Assembly: GCA_012735535.1 (NCBI GenBank) | Contig: JAAYHC010000063.1 | Location: forward strand, 19,027 to 83,026 | Reading direction: 5' to 3' | Source: Bacillota bacterium | Lineage (GTDB): Bacteria > Bacillota > UBA5301 | Length of the DNA: 64,000 bases | Shown here: piece after piece, positions 19,314-29,631 of the stretch | Layout of the letters: the number at the start of each line of letters is the position of its first letter | Position numbering within the stretch: position 1 is the stretch's first letter | Position numbers and translations under genes: made by a program | The notes under the pieces: model-generated | The model's database searches: none | Seen by the model: only the letters and a program-made list of their open reading frames with translations | What the model was told of the DNA's origin: nothing

Positions 19314-20345
19314 CTATAGTAATCCTCTCCTGATTAACTCTTCCGCGATCTGCAGCGAATTCAAAGCTGCTCCTTTGCGGATCTGATCGGCAACAATCCA
19401 CAGGTTGAGTCCGCTGGTAACAGAGTTATCTTCACGAATACGTCCGACATAAACATCGTCGCTGCCGCTCAACACTGCGGGCATCGGATAGCTTTGCGTT
19501 TCCGGGTCGTCAATCACCGAAATGCCCGGACTATTGGCCAGCAACTCTCTGACTTCGGACACCGTCAGTTTCTTTTCGGTCTCGATATTTACCGAGAGCG
19601 AATGACAACGAAAAACCGGAACCCGTACCGTAGTCGCCGTAATGGCGAGCTCCGGCAAATGTAAAATCTTCCGGGTTTCTTTGACCATCTTCCACTCTTC
19701 TTTAGTATATCCGCCCTCCTGGAAGACATCGATCTGCGGAATCAGGTTGAAAGCGATCTGATAGTGCCGGGGCAAAGAGGCGACCGGCAAAACCTGTGCG
19801 GTCGGCTGGACGCCATCAAGATACTCTCGAACCTGCCGGTCAAGCTCGGTCATTGCCGCGGCACCGGCACCGGAAACCGCCTGGTAAGTCGAAGTGACAA
19901 CGCGCTTGAGCCCGGCCGCTTGATGGATCGGCGCCAGAACAACGGCCATAATAATTGTGGAACAGTTGGGGTTAGCGATAATCCCTTTGTGCCAGGTCAA
20001 GTCATCCGGGTTCACTTCCGGGATGACTAAAGGAACATCGGGCTCCAACCGAAAATGGCTCGTATTATCGATCACGACCGTTCCCTGCTCAGCTGCGGCC
20101 GGGGCTAAAGCGGCACTTACCGAACCACCGGCGGCAAAAAAGGCGATGTCAACTCCGGTAAACGCCTCGGCAGTCGCCTCTTCAATCACAATACTTCTCC
20201 CGCCATACTCCATGGTTTTTCCGGCCGAACGCGCCGAAGCAAGCAGTTTTAGTTGGTCGACCGGAAACTTCCGTTGCTCAAAGAGTGTGAGTAGTTCTTG
20301 ACCAACAACTCCCGTGGCTCCCACAATCGCTACATTATACCCCAT
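19314..20345 (-). CDS. asd: Aspartate-semialdehyde dehydrogenase
   Basis: N-terminal VAIVGATGVVGQ Rossmann fold, active-site Cys in the NPNCSTI motif. Confidence 0.9.
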   Translation of the reverse strand: MGYNVAIVGATGVVGQELLTLFEQRKFPVDQLKLLASARSAGKTMEYGGRSIVIEEATAEAFTGVDIAFFAAGGSVSAALAPAAAEQGTVVIDNTSHFRLEPDVPLVIPEVNPDDLTWHKGIIANPNCSTIIMAVVLAPIHQAAGLKRVVTSTYQAVSGAGAAAMTELDRQVREYLDGVQPTAQVLPVASLPRHYQIAFNLIPQIDVFQEGGYTKEEWKMVKETRKILHLPELAITATTVRVPVFRCHSLSVNIETEKKLTVSEVRELLANSPGISVIDDPETQSYPMPAVLSGSDDVYVGRIREDNSVTSGLNLWIVADQIRKGAALNSLQIAEELIRRGLL

Positions 20346-20361
20346 GGAGATCCCCTTTCAT

Positions 20362-20955
20362 TTAATGAGAAATTAAAAGCGGCTGAATTTGTTTGCCGTC
20401 TAAAGCCAACTGAACCGTCTCCGGAATCAGTTCCATTTTAGCCACCAATGAATTATGTTTATGCAGTGGGTCATCCTGACCAAACGGCACCAGAAAGATA
20501 TTTTTTAGGTTAAGCAAAGTGGCAATATTCACCGCATTTCCGGCTAAACCATCATTGCTCGAAACCGCGATCACTACCGGACGCTCGTTGCGCAAATGCG
20601 CTTTAACCGCCAAGGGAACAGTTTGGTCGCTAATCCCGTTGGCTATTTTCGCAATCGTGTTTCCCGTACAAGGGGCGACAACCAAAATATCCAGCAACCG
20701 CTGTGGCCCTAACGGTTCAACCTCCGTAATGCCTGTCAGCGGTTTTTTCCCGGTTATTTGCTGCAGCTTGGTCAGCCAAAATTCAGCCGTCCCGAACCGG
20801 GTATCCGTCGTGGCCACACGCTCTGAAACAATAGGAATTACTTCAACACCAGCCAAAAATAACCTTTCAATCTGTGGGAAGACCTGTTCGAAAGTACAGA
20901 ATGAACCGGTCAAAGCAAAACCAAGTTTGATCCCGGCTAACTCCATCTTGTTCAC
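20362..20955 (-). CDS. dpaB: Dipicolinate synthase subunit B (flavoprotein)
   Basis: About 197-aa flavodoxin-like SpoVFB. Immediately downstream of dpaA and upstream of asd, as in Bacillus spoVF. Confidence 0.85.
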   Translation of the reverse strand: MNKMELAGIKLGFALTGSFCTFEQVFPQIERLFLAGVEVIPIVSERVATTDTRFGTAEFWLTKLQQITGKKPLTGITEVEPLGPQRLLDILVVAPCTGNTIAKIANGISDQTVPLAVKAHLRNERPVVIAVSSNDGLAGNAVNIATLLNLKNIFLVPFGQDDPLHKHNSLVAKMELIPETVQLALDGKQIQPLLISH

Positions 20956-20964
20956 CCCGCGATC

Positions 20965-21852
20965 TCAGGCGAGATAACCTGTTAGTTTACGCGGAACGAT
21001 GGTAGCTAGAATCTTTCCAGCTGTTTTCGGAGAATAGCGGCCGGGCAACCCTAGAGCCAAAATGGCTTGGATGCCAAGGGCTTTGGCGGCGGCAAAATCG
21101 ACGCCGCCGGGCGCTGAAGCAATATCGATGATGACACAGTCGGGGTTGAGGTTTTCAAGGACATCAGTGGTCAAGACCAGGCTTGGCACGGTATTAAAAA
21201 TAAAATCCGCGGAGCGTAGCTTGGACTTTAAATCAGTAAACGGATATACGTTTACCGCAGCTTCTGTTGCCATCGCTCGTTTGACCGGCGAACGCTCGAT
21301 CACATGTACGCGGGCCCCTACACCAACGAGTACCCTGGCCAAGGCACGGCCACAACGGCCATAACCCAAGACAAATACGTCACTGCCATGCAAAGTGATT
21401 GTTGAAGCTTCTATAGCTACTACCAAAGCCCCTTCCGCGGTCGGAATAGCATTTAAGATCGCAAATTCATCATCATCAACCAATTCAATGAGCCGGCACC
21501 CTGTTTGGCGCGCTACCCGCTCGAGCCATTCATTGGCCTTTCCGACCACCACGGGAGCACCCGACTTTAATCGCCCTAACAATTCGGTTGAAACTGTCAG
21601 TTCCAGTCCTTCCCGTACCTCTTTGATCTTTCCTTCCGGAGTCAGACCGCTGACCGGCAAAACGAGGGCATCAGCGTTTTCTGTTGCTGCCTCAGGGGAC
21701 TGCGCCGCTAACCTTAGTTGTCCGGCCAACGTGAGTCCGGAGACCGCGACCTCAGCACCGCACTCAAGCAAAGCATTGACCAGCTCCGCTTCGCGCAAGC
21801 CGCCACCCAAAACGGCAATCTTTTTGCCCTTTAAATCGGCCATGTCCTTCAC
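20965..21852 (-). CDS. dpaA: Dipicolinate synthase subunit A
   Basis: About 295-aa NAD-binding dehydrogenase-like SpoVFA. Conserved pairing with dpaB. Confidence 0.85.
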   Translation of the reverse strand: MKDMADLKGKKIAVLGGGLREAELVNALLECGAEVAVSGLTLAGQLRLAAQSPEAATENADALVLPVSGLTPEGKIKEVREGLELTVSTELLGRLKSGAPVVVGKANEWLERVARQTGCRLIELVDDDEFAILNAIPTAEGALVVAIEASTITLHGSDVFVLGYGRCGRALARVLVGVGARVHVIERSPVKRAMATEAAVNVYPFTDLKSKLRSADFIFNTVPSLVLTTDVLENLNPDCVIIDIASAPGGVDFAAAKALGIQAILALGLPGRYSPKTAGKILATIVPRKLTGYLA

Positions 21853-21878
21853 CCATTCGTTTCCACGATTTCACCTAA

Positions 21879-22745
21879 TTATATGCTGTCGGTATCATCA
21901 TGGTGTCCGATGAGTTTGTCCAATCCATAGACTAAGCCTGTTAGCTCCCGGACTTTCCGAATTGCAAGGATGACCCCCGGCATGAAGGACTCCCGATTCA
22001 TAGAATCATGACGGATCGTCAGTACCTGACCCGGTCCGCCAAAGATTACTTCCTGGTGAGCGACGAAGCCGGGCAACCGGACACTATGAATCCGCACTCC
22101 GCCCAGTTCGCCCCCGCGCACTCCGTGCACCGACTCGATTTGGGTTGCCTCAGATTGCTGCTTGGTTTGGGTTTCAAGAATCATCTCCGCAGTTTTAATT
22201 GCCGTACCGGAAGGCGCATCAACCTTTTTCGGATGATGCAGCTCAATAATCTCTACGGCCGGGAAAAAACGAGCCGCCTCCTTGGCGAATTTCATCATGA
22301 GTAAAGCACCAATGGCAAAGTTGGGAGCGATGATCGCCCCCTTTTGCAAGCGATTACATAATTCGGAAAGATCAGCCAACTCCACTTGGGTCAAGCCGGT
22401 AGTGCCGACAACCGGATGAACCCCGGCGTTTAAAACCGTCTGAATCCTGGAAAAAAGCCCTTCCGGACGGGTGAAATCTACACACACCTCGGGCTCTGCT
22501 TTGGCCAAAGCTCGCTCCAAGTTATTATCGACCAGCACACCGTTTGTCCGTCCCAACGCAATACTGCCGATATCCTCACCGGTGTGCGAGTGATCAACGG
22601 CCCCAACCAGCTCGAGATCGGGTTCTCCGTCGATTGCCCGCACTACTTCGCTACCCATTTTGCCACAAGCCCCTACAACGAGCACCCGAATTTTGTCCGC
22701 CATTGGTCGCATCCCCCCATCTGAGTTGGCTATATTTTCATCCAA
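21879..22745 (-). CDS. dapB: 4-hydroxy-tetrahydrodipicolinate reductase
   Basis: VVGACGKMG Rossmann fold and DapB C-terminal domain. The likely true start MADKIRV... is internal to the track ORF. Confidence 0.9.
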   Translation of the reverse strand: MDENIANSDGGMRPMADKIRVLVVGACGKMGSEVVRAIDGEPDLELVGAVDHSHTGEDIGSIALGRTNGVLVDNNLERALAKAEPEVCVDFTRPEGLFSRIQTVLNAGVHPVVGTTGLTQVELADLSELCNRLQKGAIIAPNFAIGALLMMKFAKEAARFFPAVEIIELHHPKKVDAPSGTAIKTAEMILETQTKQQSEATQIESVHGVRGGELGGVRIHSVRLPGFVAHQEVIFGGPGQVLTIRHDSMNRESFMPGVILAIRKVRELTGLVYGLDKLIGHHDDTDSI

Positions 22746-22769
22746 TCCAGCCGGTCTGTCAAGAATAAA

Positions 22770-22800
22770 AACAACCCGCCCTTTGGCAGAGCAGGTTGTT
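22770..22800 (-). terminator. Putative intrinsic terminator after the general-stress-protein gene
   Basis: AACAACC...GGTTGTT stem with internal GCC/GGC pairs, followed on the minus strand by UUUUAUUCUU. Confidence 0.4.
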
Positions 22801-22822
22801 CGGTGGTCGGTTATCGCGTTAC

Positions 22823-23299
22823 CTAGTGACTTTCGACTTCATCGGCCCCGTAATCATTTAAGATCCGGTCCGCCTGATCGGCTTGGTCATCGTCCGCTTT
22901 GACAGCTACGAGAATATCGCCTTCTCTGACTCGGTCTTCATAATACTGTCCGCGCTCTTCGGGAATGCCAAGGTCAATCAGGCCTCCGGCCAAACCTCCC
23001 ATTACCGCTCCGGATAACCCGGCTGCTATTGGCCCGGCAGCGATGATCGGACCAATCCCGGGGATAGCCAACGCTCCTGCCCCCGCGAGCAGGCCGGCCA
23101 ATCCACCGAGAGCTCCACCGGTTGCAGTGCCTCCGGTGAGATTTTGGCCCATGCCGAACCCATCGTCATCACCGTCTTGGCCACCGTCATCACGGGCGAC
23201 TACGGAAATCTCCTCATCCGAAAATCCTGCCTCTTTTAGAGCATTTACAGCCTGTTCAGCGTCATCGCTACTTGAAAAAGTCGCTACAAGTGTAGGCAC
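22823..23299 (-). CDS. General stress protein 17M-like (YflT family) with Gly-rich central segment
   Basis: N-terminal DAEQAVNALKEAGFSDEEISVVARD and C-terminal repeat of the same fold, with a G/A-rich linker. Typical of heat-induced YflT-like proteins. Confidence 0.6.
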   Translation of the reverse strand: MPTLVATFSSSDDAEQAVNALKEAGFSDEEISVVARDDGGQDGDDDGFGMGQNLTGGTATGGALGGLAGLLAGAGALAIPGIGPIIAAGPIAAGLSGAVMGGLAGGLIDLGIPEERGQYYEDRVREGDILVAVKADDDQADQADRILNDYGADEVESH

Positions 23300-23379
23300 A
23301 AAAAAGACCCTCCTTCGTGGGGAATAGTATTGCTTTCCAACCCTACTTTTCCCTAACGAAGGAAGAATATACGGGTGAT

Positions 23380-23592
23380 CTAGCTGATCCTGCCCTGCGC
23401 CCGTAAAGATTGGATTTTGTCTTTGACCCGCAAGTACTCGGCAATCAGAGTATCCAGTTTATAACTGATGGTTAAGGATTGCGCATCTGCCGGCATCGTC
23501 TTTGGCTCCGACTCAGCACTCTTTTCGGTCACATCACGCTTTATCGCCATTATTTCGTTTTTGAGTCTTGAAAGACGATCCTCTAAATCCAT
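23380..23592 (-). CDS. Hypothetical small coiled-coil protein (70 aa)
   Basis: Only ORF evidence. Charged heptad-like sequence. Fills the gap between dut and the stress protein gene. Confidence 0.3.
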   Translation of the reverse strand: MDLEDRLSRLKNEIMAIKRDVTEKSAESEPKTMPADAQSLTISYKLDTLIAEYLRVKDKIQSLRAQGRIS

Positions 23593-23644
23593 CTATGCGC
23601 TCACTTCCTTGCATAGGTAACTATAACACAATTTTGGTGGTGCT

Positions 23645-24100
23645 TCAACCATTCGCACCCGTGTGCCCAAATCCTCCTGCGCCGCGCGGGGTTTCATCCA
23701 AATTAGACACCGGAACCAATTTAGCCCGCACCACCTCGGTGATCACCAGCTGGGCAATCCGATCACCTCGCGAAATTACAAAATCTTCTGAACCCAGGTT
23801 GATCAGAATTATCCCCAGGGGACCACGATAATCCGAGTCAATGGTTCCAGGGGTATTCAGACAAGTAATCCCGTGTTTTAACGCCAAGCCGCTGCGCGGC
23901 CGAATTTGCCCTTCGAACCCCTTGGGTATGGCTACGCGCAAACCGGTGGGAATTAACCGCCAGGAGCCTGGTTTGAGCACGATATCCTCTGTTACCGCCG
24001 CCCGCAGATCCAGTCCGCTGGCCCCCTCGCTCATATATTGCGGCAGCTGTAAATCTTCACAGCCAGGTTCGACCAGAACCGGAATCTCAATCTGCACCAT
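23645..24100 (-). CDS. dut: dUTP diphosphatase
   Basis: Trimeric dUTPase motifs (GLDL, PRSGLA, GxIDxDYRG). 151 aa. Confidence 0.85.
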   Translation of the reverse strand: MVQIEIPVLVEPGCEDLQLPQYMSEGASGLDLRAAVTEDIVLKPGSWRLIPTGLRVAIPKGFEGQIRPRSGLALKHGITCLNTPGTIDSDYRGPLGIILINLGSEDFVISRGDRIAQLVITEVVRAKLVPVSNLDETPRGAGGFGHTGANG

Positions 24101-25343
24101 TGTCTTCCTCCCCTTTCCCGTTAGGCAATACGAGCGCCGTCGAAACCGGCTGCCCCAAGATTTCCTTGGCCAAGCTGTTTACCTCTTCAAGCGTCGTTTG
24201 ATCGATAATCTCAATCATCTCGTTGGGGGTCTTGATCTCCTCCCCGAAGAGTTCACCTTTACCCAAGCGGCCCATCCGGCTGGAGGTGTTTTCCAACCCG
24301 AGCATCAATGAGCCTTTGAGCTGCTGTTTGGCCCGGTGCAACTCAGCTTCGCTAACCCCGTTGGTAACCAGATCTTCAATCTCCTTAGTGATTACCTCCG
24401 TGACCAGATCGACTTTATCTATCCCGGTGGCAGCATAAATGCCTAAAGTGCCGACATCATGATAGGACGCATGATACGAATAGGTGCTGTACACCAAACC
24501 ACGTTCTTCCCTAAGCTCCTGAAAGAGGCGCGAACTCATGCCTCCGCCCAATATGCTGTCTAAGAGAAACAGCGCATATTTGCGCTCATCATCCCGTGGC
24601 AGGCCGCGGACACCCAAGCAAATATGGGCTTGCTCGATATCTTTATGGCGTTTGAGCTTTCCAGGCGCATAATCTCCCACCCGGTCGGATAGTTGCTTGC
24701 TTTCCCCGGTCCAAGTTCCAAGGTAGCGATCGATTTGCTCAACAACCACCGCATGTTCAACATTGCCCGCGACCGCCACCACGAGGTTGTTAGGGGTGTA
24801 CCAGTTTCGCCGGTAGTTCTGAATATCGGCCAGACTAATTTGGCCAACGGTTTCCGCGGTTCCGAGAATCGGCCTGCCTAACGGATGCTCGGCAAAAACG
24901 ACCTGATTGAGTAGGTCATGGATCATTTCGTCAGGTGAATCTTCATACATTTTGATCTCCTCTAGCACCACCCCTTTTTCCCGTTCGATCAGCTCTTGAT
25001 CATCGGCCGGATGTAAGACCATATCGGCTAACAACTCAACTGCCGTTGAGAAGTGCTCATCGAGGATCTTCGCATAATAGCACGTATACTCTTTACTGGT
25101 AAAGGCGTTTACCTGGCCGCCGATAGTATCAAAAGCAATGGCTATATCTTTGGCGCTTCTGGTTGTTGTGCCTTTAAATGTAAGATGTTCAATTAAATGT
25201 GAGATCCCTGACTGATAAGGCTCCTCATTGCGCGAGCCGGCTTTGAACCATAATCCGATACAAGCCGATCTGACATGATCCAATTTTTCGGATATCACTC
25301 TAACCCCGTTAGCTAACGTGGTTCGCTCGTATTTCACGCCCAT
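24087..25343 (-). CDS. M16-family zinc peptidase (YmxG/MlpA-like)
   Basis: Inverted zincin HLIEH...E motif. 418 aa. Conserved position upstream of dpaA in Bacilli. Confidence 0.85.
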   Translation of the reverse strand: MGVKYERTTLANGVRVISEKLDHVRSACIGLWFKAGSRNEEPYQSGISHLIEHLTFKGTTTRSAKDIAIAFDTIGGQVNAFTSKEYTCYYAKILDEHFSTAVELLADMVLHPADDQELIEREKGVVLEEIKMYEDSPDEMIHDLLNQVVFAEHPLGRPILGTAETVGQISLADIQNYRRNWYTPNNLVVAVAGNVEHAVVVEQIDRYLGTWTGESKQLSDRVGDYAPGKLKRHKDIEQAHICLGVRGLPRDDERKYALFLLDSILGGGMSSRLFQELREERGLVYSTYSYHASYHDVGTLGIYAATGIDKVDLVTEVITKEIEDLVTNGVSEAELHRAKQQLKGSLMLGLENTSSRMGRLGKGELFGEEIKTPNEMIEIIDQTTLEEVNSLAKEILGQPVSTALVLPNGKGEEDNGAD

Positions 25344-25571
25344 CGTCCCTTCTCAATAAAATCACGGTTTGATTATACCAAATAAATGCGACATTGGTAC
25401 TGCCATTCCATTCACGCCAGACTTGCGGAATAGTGACGGATATTACTTAAAGGTAGCTGCCAGCCGCTCTAGAATAAGTTTTTGTGTCCGAAAAGCGCTT
25501 GACCGGCTCTTCTGGCAATAGTTTTACCTGTTCAGAAAATGATTAACAAATATCCATGAAGGAGTGCCCAA

Positions 25572-26927
25572 ATGCTTCAGGCCTCACCCCTGATTTCGAT
25601 ATTAACCGTATTACTATATCTCGCCGGTGTCTTTGGCTTTGGGGGCGCGACCGGCAAGGATAGTGCGACCGTGCCGGGGTTGGCTGACTCGGGGTCAAGT
25701 CAACACAACGCGGCCTCTTTTGTTTTGGCTTCCGGCAGTTCCGTCAAGATTGGCGATACCGTCGAGGCTTCGGGTCGGGTAGTCAATATCCGCAGCGGCC
25801 CGGGCACCTCCTATCCGATTTTGGGCACGGTCTCTACCGGTCAAACCGCTACGGTCGAAGGTGGTAGTAACGGTTGGCTTAAGCTACGCTTTCAGGATAA
25901 TTTAACCGGCTGGGTCGCGGACTGGCTCGTCCGTCCGGGTAAAGGCAACCCCGCCGCGGCACATGTGCCGGCCGGCCTGCAAAGCATCGGTTATTTCGTT
26001 ACTACGAGTGCCAACGATACTACCTCGCTTGATTCTATGGCCCAGGCCGGCAAGAGCCTGACCGGAATTGCCCCCTTCTCCTTTACGGTGGACGGGCGGG
26101 GGTACATCTCCGGCAAAAACAATTCCGAAGCGGTGAGTAGGGCCAAAAAAGCCGGCCAAGTTGCTCTGGCCTTGGTTCATAATACCAGCGGCGATTGGTT
26201 TAGCTCTACTGTTGCTCATAACTTGCTCTCCCAACAAGTTAACAGAACCAGAGCCATTAATGAGATTCTCTATATCATCAAAACGTATGGATATGATGGG
26301 GTTAACATCGACTTTGAATCGGTGAAACCGAGTGACCGGGAAAACTTCAACACCTTTATTCGCGAACTCTCCTGGGCGCTAAGGCCCAAAGGATACTTGG
26401 TTACCGTTTCGGTCCCGGCCAAAACCAAGGATGATAAAAGTCATAATTGGTCTGGCGCCTATGATTACAAAGTCATCGGAGAGTACGCCGATTGGGTCAT
26501 GTTAATGGCCTATGATCAGCATTACAAAACAGGCAGTCCCGGACCGGTCGCCGCGATTAACTGGGTCGAGCAGGTCGTTAAATACGCAGTCTCCACCATT
26601 CCTAAACACAAAATCATCCTCGGCGTCCCGGCTTACGGCTATGACTGGCCGACCAACGGGAGTGCGGCGAGGTCGGTTAGTTATGCCCAGGCGATGAATA
26701 TAGCGAAAACCCACGGAATTACGCCCAAATGGCATGCGACCTATAAAGTTCCATACTTCTCTTACGTCAGCAATGGGGTAGTTAGACAGGTTTGGTTTGA
26801 ATCGAGCTGGAGCTTGGAGCACAAACTGAAGCTGGTTAAAGAGTATGGGCTGAAAGGAATCGCCATCTGGCGGCTAGGCCTGGAAGATCCCCGCTCCTGG
26901 GATGTGATCAAAGAGTACTTTTACTAG
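25572..26927 (+). CDS. SH3b-domain glycoside hydrolase family 18 (spore peptidoglycan hydrolase, YaaH/YdhD-like)
   Basis: Signal/TM N-terminus and SH3_3-like domain (VNIRSGPGTSYPILGTV). GH18 barrel with the DGVNIDFE catalytic motif. The only plus-strand gene in the window, with a GAAGGAG RBS. Confidence 0.8.
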   Translation: MLQASPLISILTVLLYLAGVFGFGGATGKDSATVPGLADSGSSQHNAASFVLASGSSVKIGDTVEASGRVVNIRSGPGTSYPILGTVSTGQTATVEGGSNGWLKLRFQDNLTGWVADWLVRPGKGNPAAAHVPAGLQSIGYFVTTSANDTTSLDSMAQAGKSLTGIAPFSFTVDGRGYISGKNNSEAVSRAKKAGQVALALVHNTSGDWFSSTVAHNLLSQQVNRTRAINEILYIIKTYGYDGVNIDFESVKPSDRENFNTFIRELSWALRPKGYLVTVSVPAKTKDDKSHNWSGAYDYKVIGEYADWVMLMAYDQHYKTGSPGPVAAINWVEQVVKYAVSTIPKHKIILGVPAYGYDWPTNGSAARSVSYAQAMNIAKTHGITPKWHATYKVPYFSYVSNGVVRQVWFESSWSLEHKLKLVKEYGLKGIAIWRLGLEDPRSWDVIKEYFY

Positions 26928-26932
26928 TATTC

Positions 26933-27904
26933 TCAAAGTAGCTCCGAGACCGGAACCAACTCGTAACCCTGTTGCCTCAATATTTCGATTATTCGCGGCA
27001 GGGCGGCCAGCGTAGGCTCGGTGGGGTGCATTAAAACCAGTGCCCCATTCTGAGCCTTTTTGACAACTCGCTCGATAATCACTTCCGGAGCAGGCCGTTG
27101 CCAATCAATCGTATCCACGGTCCACAACACCGTCCGATAACCTAGGCCGGCCGCTACCCGGACCACCTGTTGATTGTATTCGCCGGCCGGCGGCGCAAAA
27201 AGTCTCACCGGAGTAGCCCCGGCCTTTTCGAGCGCCGTCTGCGCCTTACTGATCAAATCAGTCAGTTCGGCCTCGCTCATTTGGTTGGGATGTCCATGAT
27301 AATATCCGTGGTTGGCGATCTCGTGACCGGCTTTGACGATCTGCCCGAACAAGCTGGGAAAACGCTCAACCCATTCCCCGATGAAGAAGAAAGTCGCTTT
27401 AACCTGATACTTGGCGAGCACTTCAAGCATGCCTGGGATGAACTCATTTCCCCAAGCTACGTTAATCATCAGCGCCATCGCTTGCCGGCTGATATCACCG
27501 CGAAATACCGGTTGAAAATAAACATGGGTAATCGGCGGATGCACCGGTTCAAGCACAGCCTGAACTTTTTGACCGCGCCGAGCCGAAAAAACCGCCTCAA
27601 GCGTACGTTCCCGGTTCAGCACTTGACCGACCGTCTCCGGAACCACCCTGCGCTCAACCGCGTTATACTGGGCGTTTACAGCTGGTTTCTCTAATTGCTG
27701 CGCTATTTTTTCGAGGAGCAGTTCCACCTCATCCCGCAACAAGCCTCCAACTGCATAGCCTTCAAGCATCACACCGGGCGGGACCCCATAGAGTGAGCGT
27801 CTAATCTTATCAAGCAAATTAGGCGCAACTAAACCAATCAAGATGCTGGCAATGAGGATCAGCAACAGAAATAGTCGCTCCTTTGAACGGACTCTGCTCA
27901 TCAC
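26933..27904 (-). CDS. Polysaccharide deacetylase family sporulation protein (YlxY-like, NodB domain)
   Basis: N-terminal TM plus an about 130-aa domain, then NodB homology (HEIANHGYYH, LWTVDTIDW). Confidence 0.75.
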   Translation of the reverse strand: MMSRVRSKERLFLLLILIASILIGLVAPNLLDKIRRSLYGVPPGVMLEGYAVGGLLRDEVELLLEKIAQQLEKPAVNAQYNAVERRVVPETVGQVLNRERTLEAVFSARRGQKVQAVLEPVHPPITHVYFQPVFRGDISRQAMALMINVAWGNEFIPGMLEVLAKYQVKATFFFIGEWVERFPSLFGQIVKAGHEIANHGYYHGHPNQMSEAELTDLISKAQTALEKAGATPVRLFAPPAGEYNQQVVRVAAGLGYRTVLWTVDTIDWQRPAPEVIIERVVKKAQNGALVLMHPTEPTLAALPRIIEILRQQGYELVPVSELL

Positions 27905-28698
27905 GCTTCCTCCTGAGGGGTGGTTAAGGGTAGAGGGCGCTGCACTCCGTTAGCGTCGATATAGTAATTCTCGTGATAAATTAGTTCAGAGATCGGTACA
28001 ACGCGATAGCCTTGGGCTTTAAACCATGGGATGAGGACTTTTAGCGCCGCCAGAGTATTCCGGCCATTATTGTGAAAAAGAATGATCGAGCCTGGGCGCA
28101 CCTGAGTTTGGATCCGGTGAACAATATGTTCAACGGTCGGATTGCGCCAATCCAGTGAATCAATCGACCACTGAATGGTCTGATAACCTAAACTGGCAGC
28201 GGCTTCAATTACTTTATTGCTGTATTCGCCAAACGGCGGACGAAACAGGGTCGGGGTAAACCCGGTGATATCGACGATCAGCGCATGGTTACGCTCGAGT
28301 TCATGCCTGATCTCCTGCGGCGACAGCGAGTTAAGATGGGGATGGGAGTAGGTATGATTACCGATTTCATGGCCGTGCGCGACAATTTTACGCGCATGTT
28401 CGGGGTATTTTTCCAGCCAGTAGCCTCCCAAGAAAAAGGTGGTTTTGATCCCTTCCCGCTCAAAAAGCTCCAAAAATCCATCGGTAAACTCGACCCCCCA
28501 AACCGCATCCAGGGAAATCGAGATAACTCGGTCCGAGCGACTGACCTCGTAGATCGGCAAGAGCCGCTTTTCCGTTAACCGGGTGATGACCTCGACAGTC
28601 CCTTGCCAGGCCAAGCCTTGCACGATCATCAGGGCCACTAGTAAGGCCAGCCCGTATAAAACGAGTTTCCAACGCTGACCATGCAAATAAAAGACCAT
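27901..28698 (-). CDS. Polysaccharide deacetylase (PdaA/PdaB-like delta-lactam-associated de-N-acetylase)
   Basis: Signal anchor plus NodB domain (HEIGNHTYSH, QWSIDSLDW). About 265 aa, like B. subtilis PdaA. Confidence 0.75.
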   Translation of the reverse strand: MVFYLHGQRWKLVLYGLALLVALMIVQGLAWQGTVEVITRLTEKRLLPIYEVSRSDRVISISLDAVWGVEFTDGFLELFEREGIKTTFFLGGYWLEKYPEHARKIVAHGHEIGNHTYSHPHLNSLSPQEIRHELERNHALIVDITGFTPTLFRPPFGEYSNKVIEAAASLGYQTIQWSIDSLDWRNPTVEHIVHRIQTQVRPGSIILFHNNGRNTLAALKVLIPWFKAQGYRVVPISELIYHENYYIDANGVQRPLPLTTPQEEA

Positions 28699-28769
28699 GA
28701 AAAAACCTCCTGTGCATCGTCGCAGTATGTTTATGCACCAGGAGGCTCAAAAATTATCGGAGATCTTGG

Positions 28770-29570
28770 TCAAATTGCAAAGTTGTGATCCCCAATTACC
28801 GCAGTGGTGGTCCGTGTTTGCCACCAAGCCAAAGCCTTGGACTTGCGCGGATTATAAAAGAAGAGCGCCCCACGGGATGGATCATGTCCGGCAAGGGCCA
28901 TATCCACCGCTCGCCTGGCTTCTTCTCCGGGTGTCAGCAGGATCATACCGTTGTCAACGCTTAAAAACTGACCAGGCTCCATAATTACTTCTTTGACGGT
29001 ATTGGGAAAACTAGGGTGTTTGACACGGTTAAGCACAACCGCTGCTACTGCGACCTGGCCTTCGAATGGTTCACCACGCGACTCCGCATAAACCAGCCTC
29101 GTTAACAGGTCATATTCCTCGGCAGTCAGGCGAAACGTGCTCTGCGGCCGTTCATTGCCGGTCTTCGGCGCTTCCAGCTTAGGAGCCTCTACCTTGGGAG
29201 GCTCCACTCTAATCGTCTCTGTCTTAGGTGTCTCGAGAGTGGGCCGATACTCAGTGGAGAGTTGAGGAATCGCAGCCACGATTGAAGCCGTTAACACCGG
29301 CAACTCGACCCCGGAACGTACCTGCCCCGTAGCCTGTTCATTGTTGCGCGGCAGTTTGAGCAGATCGCCGATCCTAATCTCAGGTCCGCTTAACCCGTTG
29401 ATAGCCATTAGCTCGTCAACACTGACCCCACGGGACTTTGCCAAGCTATAAAGCGTATCGCCTTTTTGTACGACGTGGATATCATACTCGGCACCGAAGC
29501 TTGTCCCGCTGAGTAAGGCAATAACTAGCCCCAGGGTAACAAAAAATAATCTAAGATTAGGCCGCTTCAT
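28770..29570 (-). CDS. LysM-domain SleB/CwlJ-family cell-wall hydrolase
   Basis: Signal peptide and LysM (DTLYSLAKSRGVSVDELMAINGL). C-terminal Hydrolase_2 domain (YAESRGEPFEGQVAVAAVVLNRV). Confidence 0.75.
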   Translation of the reverse strand: MKRPNLRLFFVTLGLVIALLSGTSFGAEYDIHVVQKGDTLYSLAKSRGVSVDELMAINGLSGPEIRIGDLLKLPRNNEQATGQVRSGVELPVLTASIVAAIPQLSTEYRPTLETPKTETIRVEPPKVEAPKLEAPKTGNERPQSTFRLTAEEYDLLTRLVYAESRGEPFEGQVAVAAVVLNRVKHPSFPNTVKEVIMEPGQFLSVDNGMILLTPGEEARRAVDMALAGHDPSRGALFFYNPRKSKALAWWQTRTTTAVIGDHNFAI

Positions 29571-29631
29571 CTCCTCACCCCAACAATTTTCTCAACATCC
29601 AATTATTACGATATTCGACGAAATACCGGCT

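Noticed and set aside
23380-23592. 70-aa ORF as a known sporulation or cell-division small protein
   Set aside because: No recognisable motif. It is retained only as a low-confidence hypothetical because it exactly fills an otherwise empty gap with appropriate strand.
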